Below, piece after piece: positions 61,203 to 64,000 of a DNA stretch of 64,000 bases; within the stretch, counting starts at the first letter, position 1, and each line of letters opens with the position of its first letter. A program made the translations under genes and the position numbers. A model generated the notes under the pieces. The model was not told the DNA's origin, ran no database searches, and worked only from the letters and a program-made list of their open reading frames with translations. Location of the stretch: contig OZ252149.1 of the NCBI GenBank assembly GCA_965248755.1, positions 2,560,001 to 2,624,000 on the forward strand. Direction: 5' to 3'. Source of the stretch: Candidatus Latescibacterota bacterium. Lineage in GTDB: Bacteria > Latescibacterota > CBDEFO01.

Positions 61203-62582
61203 ATGAGCAATATACTGGTAATAGAGGACAACGACACGATGAGGGATGGAATATCCCTGATACTCAAAAAGGAAGGTCATCAGGTAACTGAGGCTCTCGA
61301 GGGTAAGGAGGGAGTGGAGACCTTCCGAAAGGGAAAGTTCGATCTTGTGATCACGGACTACAGGATGGAGGGCATGGACGGCATCGAGGTGCTCAAAGAG
61401 CTCAAACAAATAGACAAAGACGTGGACGTAGTCCTCATAACTGCATACGGAACGATACCCATAGCTGTGAAGGCTATGAAGACAGGGGCATCGGACTTTA
61501 TTACCAAGCCCTTTTCTCCCGATGAATTTAAGATCAAAATAGATAAGGTTCTGCAATTTAGAGAGGCTAAGACCTTGGGGAGAAAGCTTGTCGAGGAGAA
61601 CCGATATCTTAGGGAGGAGATAGAGGTCCGGTACAATTTCAAGGAGATAGTCGGAAGATCTCCTAGTATGATGGAGGTATTAAGCAAGGTAGGAAAAATA
61701 GCGCGCACCGATTCCTCAGTTCTGATTCAGGGCGAAAGCGGAACAGGAAAGGAGCTTGTGGCAAGGGCTATTCACTTTCAAAGCCCCAGAAAGGACGGGC
61801 CATTTATAAAGGTCAACTGCGCCGCGCTTGCTGAAGGGGTCTTAGAAAGCGAACTTTTCGGCCACGAAAAAGGGTCGTTTACGGGGGCCTTAAGGCAGAA
61901 GAAGGGGAAATTTGAACTTGCAGAGAGCGGCTCGATATTCTTAGATGAGATAGGCGACATACCAAAATCTGTGCAGATCAGGCTCCTTAGGGTCTTACAG
62001 GAAAAGGAGATAGAGCGGGTCGGAGGCGAAAGAACTATTAGTCTCGATGTCCGAATTGTCGCAGCTACTAACAAGGACCTCAAGGAGTTGGTCTCAGAGG
62101 GCAAGTTCAGAGAGGACATCTACTACCGGCTGAACATCATCCCATTAGAACTTCCCCCCTTAAGGGACAGGACAGAGGACATCAAGGAACTGGTGTGCCA
62201 CTTCCTAAACCTTAAATGTTCGGACATGAAGATAAAGAAGATGGGCATTGAGCCGGAAGCTATGGACATCCTCTCCCATTACGATTGGCCTGGAAATGTC
62301 AGAGAACTTGAAAACATTGTAGAAAGAGCCATAGTCCTATCCGACGGAGACACCATCAAGGCTAGCGATCTTCCCATACTGCTTGAGATTCCCCTCTCAA
62401 ACGATTTCCTAAGACTCCCTAAAGAGGACATGCCTCTAAACGACTCCCTTGAGAGCCTTGAAAGACAGCTTATAGAAAAAGCTATGGACAAGGCCTCCGG
62501 CGTTAAGATGAAGGCGGCCCAAATGCTGGGGCTGAAGACGAGCTCCCTCTATTATAAGCTCGAAAAGTACGGGATGGTATGA
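61203..62582 (+). CDS. Sigma-54-dependent response regulator (NtrC/AtoC family)
   Basis: REC domain, GESGTGKE, ESELFGHEKGSFTGA, WPGNVREL, Fis HTH. Confidence 0.97.
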   Translation: MSNILVIEDNDTMRDGISLILKKEGHQVTEALEGKEGVETFRKGKFDLVITDYRMEGMDGIEVLKELKQIDKDVDVVLITAYGTIPIAVKAMKTGASDFITKPFSPDEFKIKIDKVLQFREAKTLGRKLVEENRYLREEIEVRYNFKEIVGRSPSMMEVLSKVGKIARTDSSVLIQGESGTGKELVARAIHFQSPRKDGPFIKVNCAALAEGVLESELFGHEKGSFTGALRQKKGKFELAESGSIFLDEIGDIPKSVQIRLLRVLQEKEIERVGGERTISLDVRIVAATNKDLKELVSEGKFREDIYYRLNIIPLELPPLRDRTEDIKELVCHFLNLKCSDMKIKKMGIEPEAMDILSHYDWPGNVRELENIVERAIVLSDGDTIKASDLPILLEIPLSNDFLRLPKEDMPLNDSLESLERQLIEKAMDKASGVKMKAAQMLGLKTSSLYYKLEKYGMV

Positions 62583-62589
62583 TTTTTGC
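62575..62589 (+). promoter_or_regulatory. Putative sigma-54 (-24/-12) promoter
   Basis: TGGTATGATTTTTGC = GG-N10-GC. Confidence 0.55.
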
Positions 62590-62835
62590 GCTATATTTTT
62601 GACAGGTAGGGGCGAACCCGTATGTTCGCCCAACATGGACAAAATTACCCTCCATGATTAATGTCGGTACAGGGTTTCCCTTCCGACGCGCGAGGTGCCG
62701 TGGCCGCTCTGTCAGGGAGGATGAGATGTAGCCAGCAAAGCCGGAAGTGCCGTAGTCCGCACAGACAAGGTAGACAGATTTACATTCAGGAGATGACAGA
62801 TCCTACTGATACGAACATTTACAAAGATATTAGGC

Positions 62836-63900
62836 TTGTCTTTGATACTGATCAGCGTAGGAATTACTGGAATCTACGCAGACGACCAGATAGATAGCCT
62901 GCAAATGGAAATCAGCAGGCTTGAGGTTCTAAAAGACAGTCTTTCCTCCGTGGATCAGAGCTTGATAGCACGAAGCGATAGCCTCTCTCATGTCATAGAC
63001 CGGCTAAAGGCAAAGATCGAAGATCTAACGGGCGTTATCATCGAGTACAGACTCGAAAAAGAGCTCAGATACGCTCAAAAGATTGCAGAAACGACACAGA
63101 GCGTAAGAGATAAAATGAATTCTGTAGATAATAAATTAGCAGACAGAAAAGCAAAACTAAGGGTCCTGTATCAAAAAGAGATAGATCTTCTGTTCATACA
63201 GCTTAAGGAGACGGACTCCCACGAGGATAAAAGGAAACTGATAGACAAAATAAAAGAGTATTCTTCCGCCAAGGGGAGTCTCAAAACCTCCGGCAAATTT
63301 CCGGAACTTGGGGAAGTCGGAGCTAAAGATATGGAGATCGAGCGGGACGATGGGCCAGAGGAAATAAGGGAAAAAGCTGATCTTTTAAGCGACATCGCCG
63401 ACAAACTTAAGAGGACTTTAGAAAAGATAGAAAGTAAGATGAAGGACCTATCTGAGGAGAAAGATGCGCGCGATAAGATGCAGGAATTTTCCGAGGAGAT
63501 ATCCTTCTTCGATGAAGACCTCTTCACAAGCAGGACTATAGGTTCGACTTCAAAAGAAGTGGCCTTGGCCTCCGGAGGTAAAGGGGGAAAAGACAGGGGT
63601 GCAGATCCAACTTTTGTCGATAACGTGTCAGACGCTGAAGGTTTTGCCCCGAGTCTCCCGGAGGAACCCGCTCAGACTGAGAATGTGACCGAACTCTTTT
63701 CGGGTTCCTCATCAGATAGAGATATAGCTTCATCAGGCGAGGTCCTTTCCGCTGCATCGAATAATGTAGAGACAGAGATAAATAAGCTCAGAGATGAAAA
63801 TGAAAGGCTCAAAGAGAAGTTTTCCAATTTGAAAGAAAGAGCCCAGAGGCTTTACCACATAGCCCGAGAAATGGAGACCGCACCGGAGAACGATAGGTGA
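62836..63900 (+). CDS. Exported coiled-coil hypothetical protein (start uncertain)
   Basis: Hydrophobic N-terminus ending GIYA; long heptad-rich segments. Confidence 0.75.
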   Translation: MSLILISVGITGIYADDQIDSLQMEISRLEVLKDSLSSVDQSLIARSDSLSHVIDRLKAKIEDLTGVIIEYRLEKELRYAQKIAETTQSVRDKMNSVDNKLADRKAKLRVLYQKEIDLLFIQLKETDSHEDKRKLIDKIKEYSSAKGSLKTSGKFPELGEVGAKDMEIERDDGPEEIREKADLLSDIADKLKRTLEKIESKMKDLSEEKDARDKMQEFSEEISFFDEDLFTSRTIGSTSKEVALASGGKGGKDRGADPTFVDNVSDAEGFAPSLPEEPAQTENVTELFSGSSSDRDIASSGEVLSAASNNVETEINKLRDENERLKEKFSNLKERAQRLYHIAREMETAPENDR

Positions 63901-64000
63901 AGCGGCGGGACCACTCCGTGCAACATCAGGCATTTGCACCCTTCATATTGCCCATTATCTTCTTGCTATTTACCTCCTCCCCTTATGCTGGAATCTCCCA

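Noticed and set aside
1..64000. CRISPR array, tRNA or rRNA genes
   Set aside because: No regularly spaced repeat-spacer array or tRNA/rRNA signature was seen by eye; the repeats are dispersed

Overview
A 64-kb chromosomal window from a Gram-negative bacterium, plausibly FCB superphylum or Latescibacterota-like (inferred from a PorV-like barrel and a dockerin/EF-hand-tailed heparinase II/III protein). It holds mostly housekeeping and envelope genes (gmhA, GT2/GT9/GT32, surE, xerD, ogt, uvrC, mutS, rpiB, ychF, hemB, prs, an E2 acyltransferase, an HK/NtrC pair) and a flagellar filament cluster (fliC-fliS-fliD-flaG-flgM). Mobile DNA: a decayed ISL3; two apparently identical, transposase-broken 1288-bp IS3-family copies with 4-bp target duplications (one splits fliD, one splits a CDP-alcohol phosphatidyltransferase); and an IS1380 that appears to have moved with a captured NtrC-like fragment inside a 5-bp duplication. 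Features missed by the ORF track include a CxxU SelW/Rdx selenoprotein and a short leader ORF before fliC. The most unusual signal is a layered intergenic repeat system. AGTAGACAG...CTGTCTACT brackets with a GGGATGGGAGG..GTG.CCC motif enclose variable cargo (REP-like hairpins or a four-helix-bundle gene). A ~21-bp palindrome (CCCCGATTGAATCTATCGGGG) appears to insert by itself, sometimes with 4-5-bp direct repeats. No CRISPR, tRNA or rRNA was seen.
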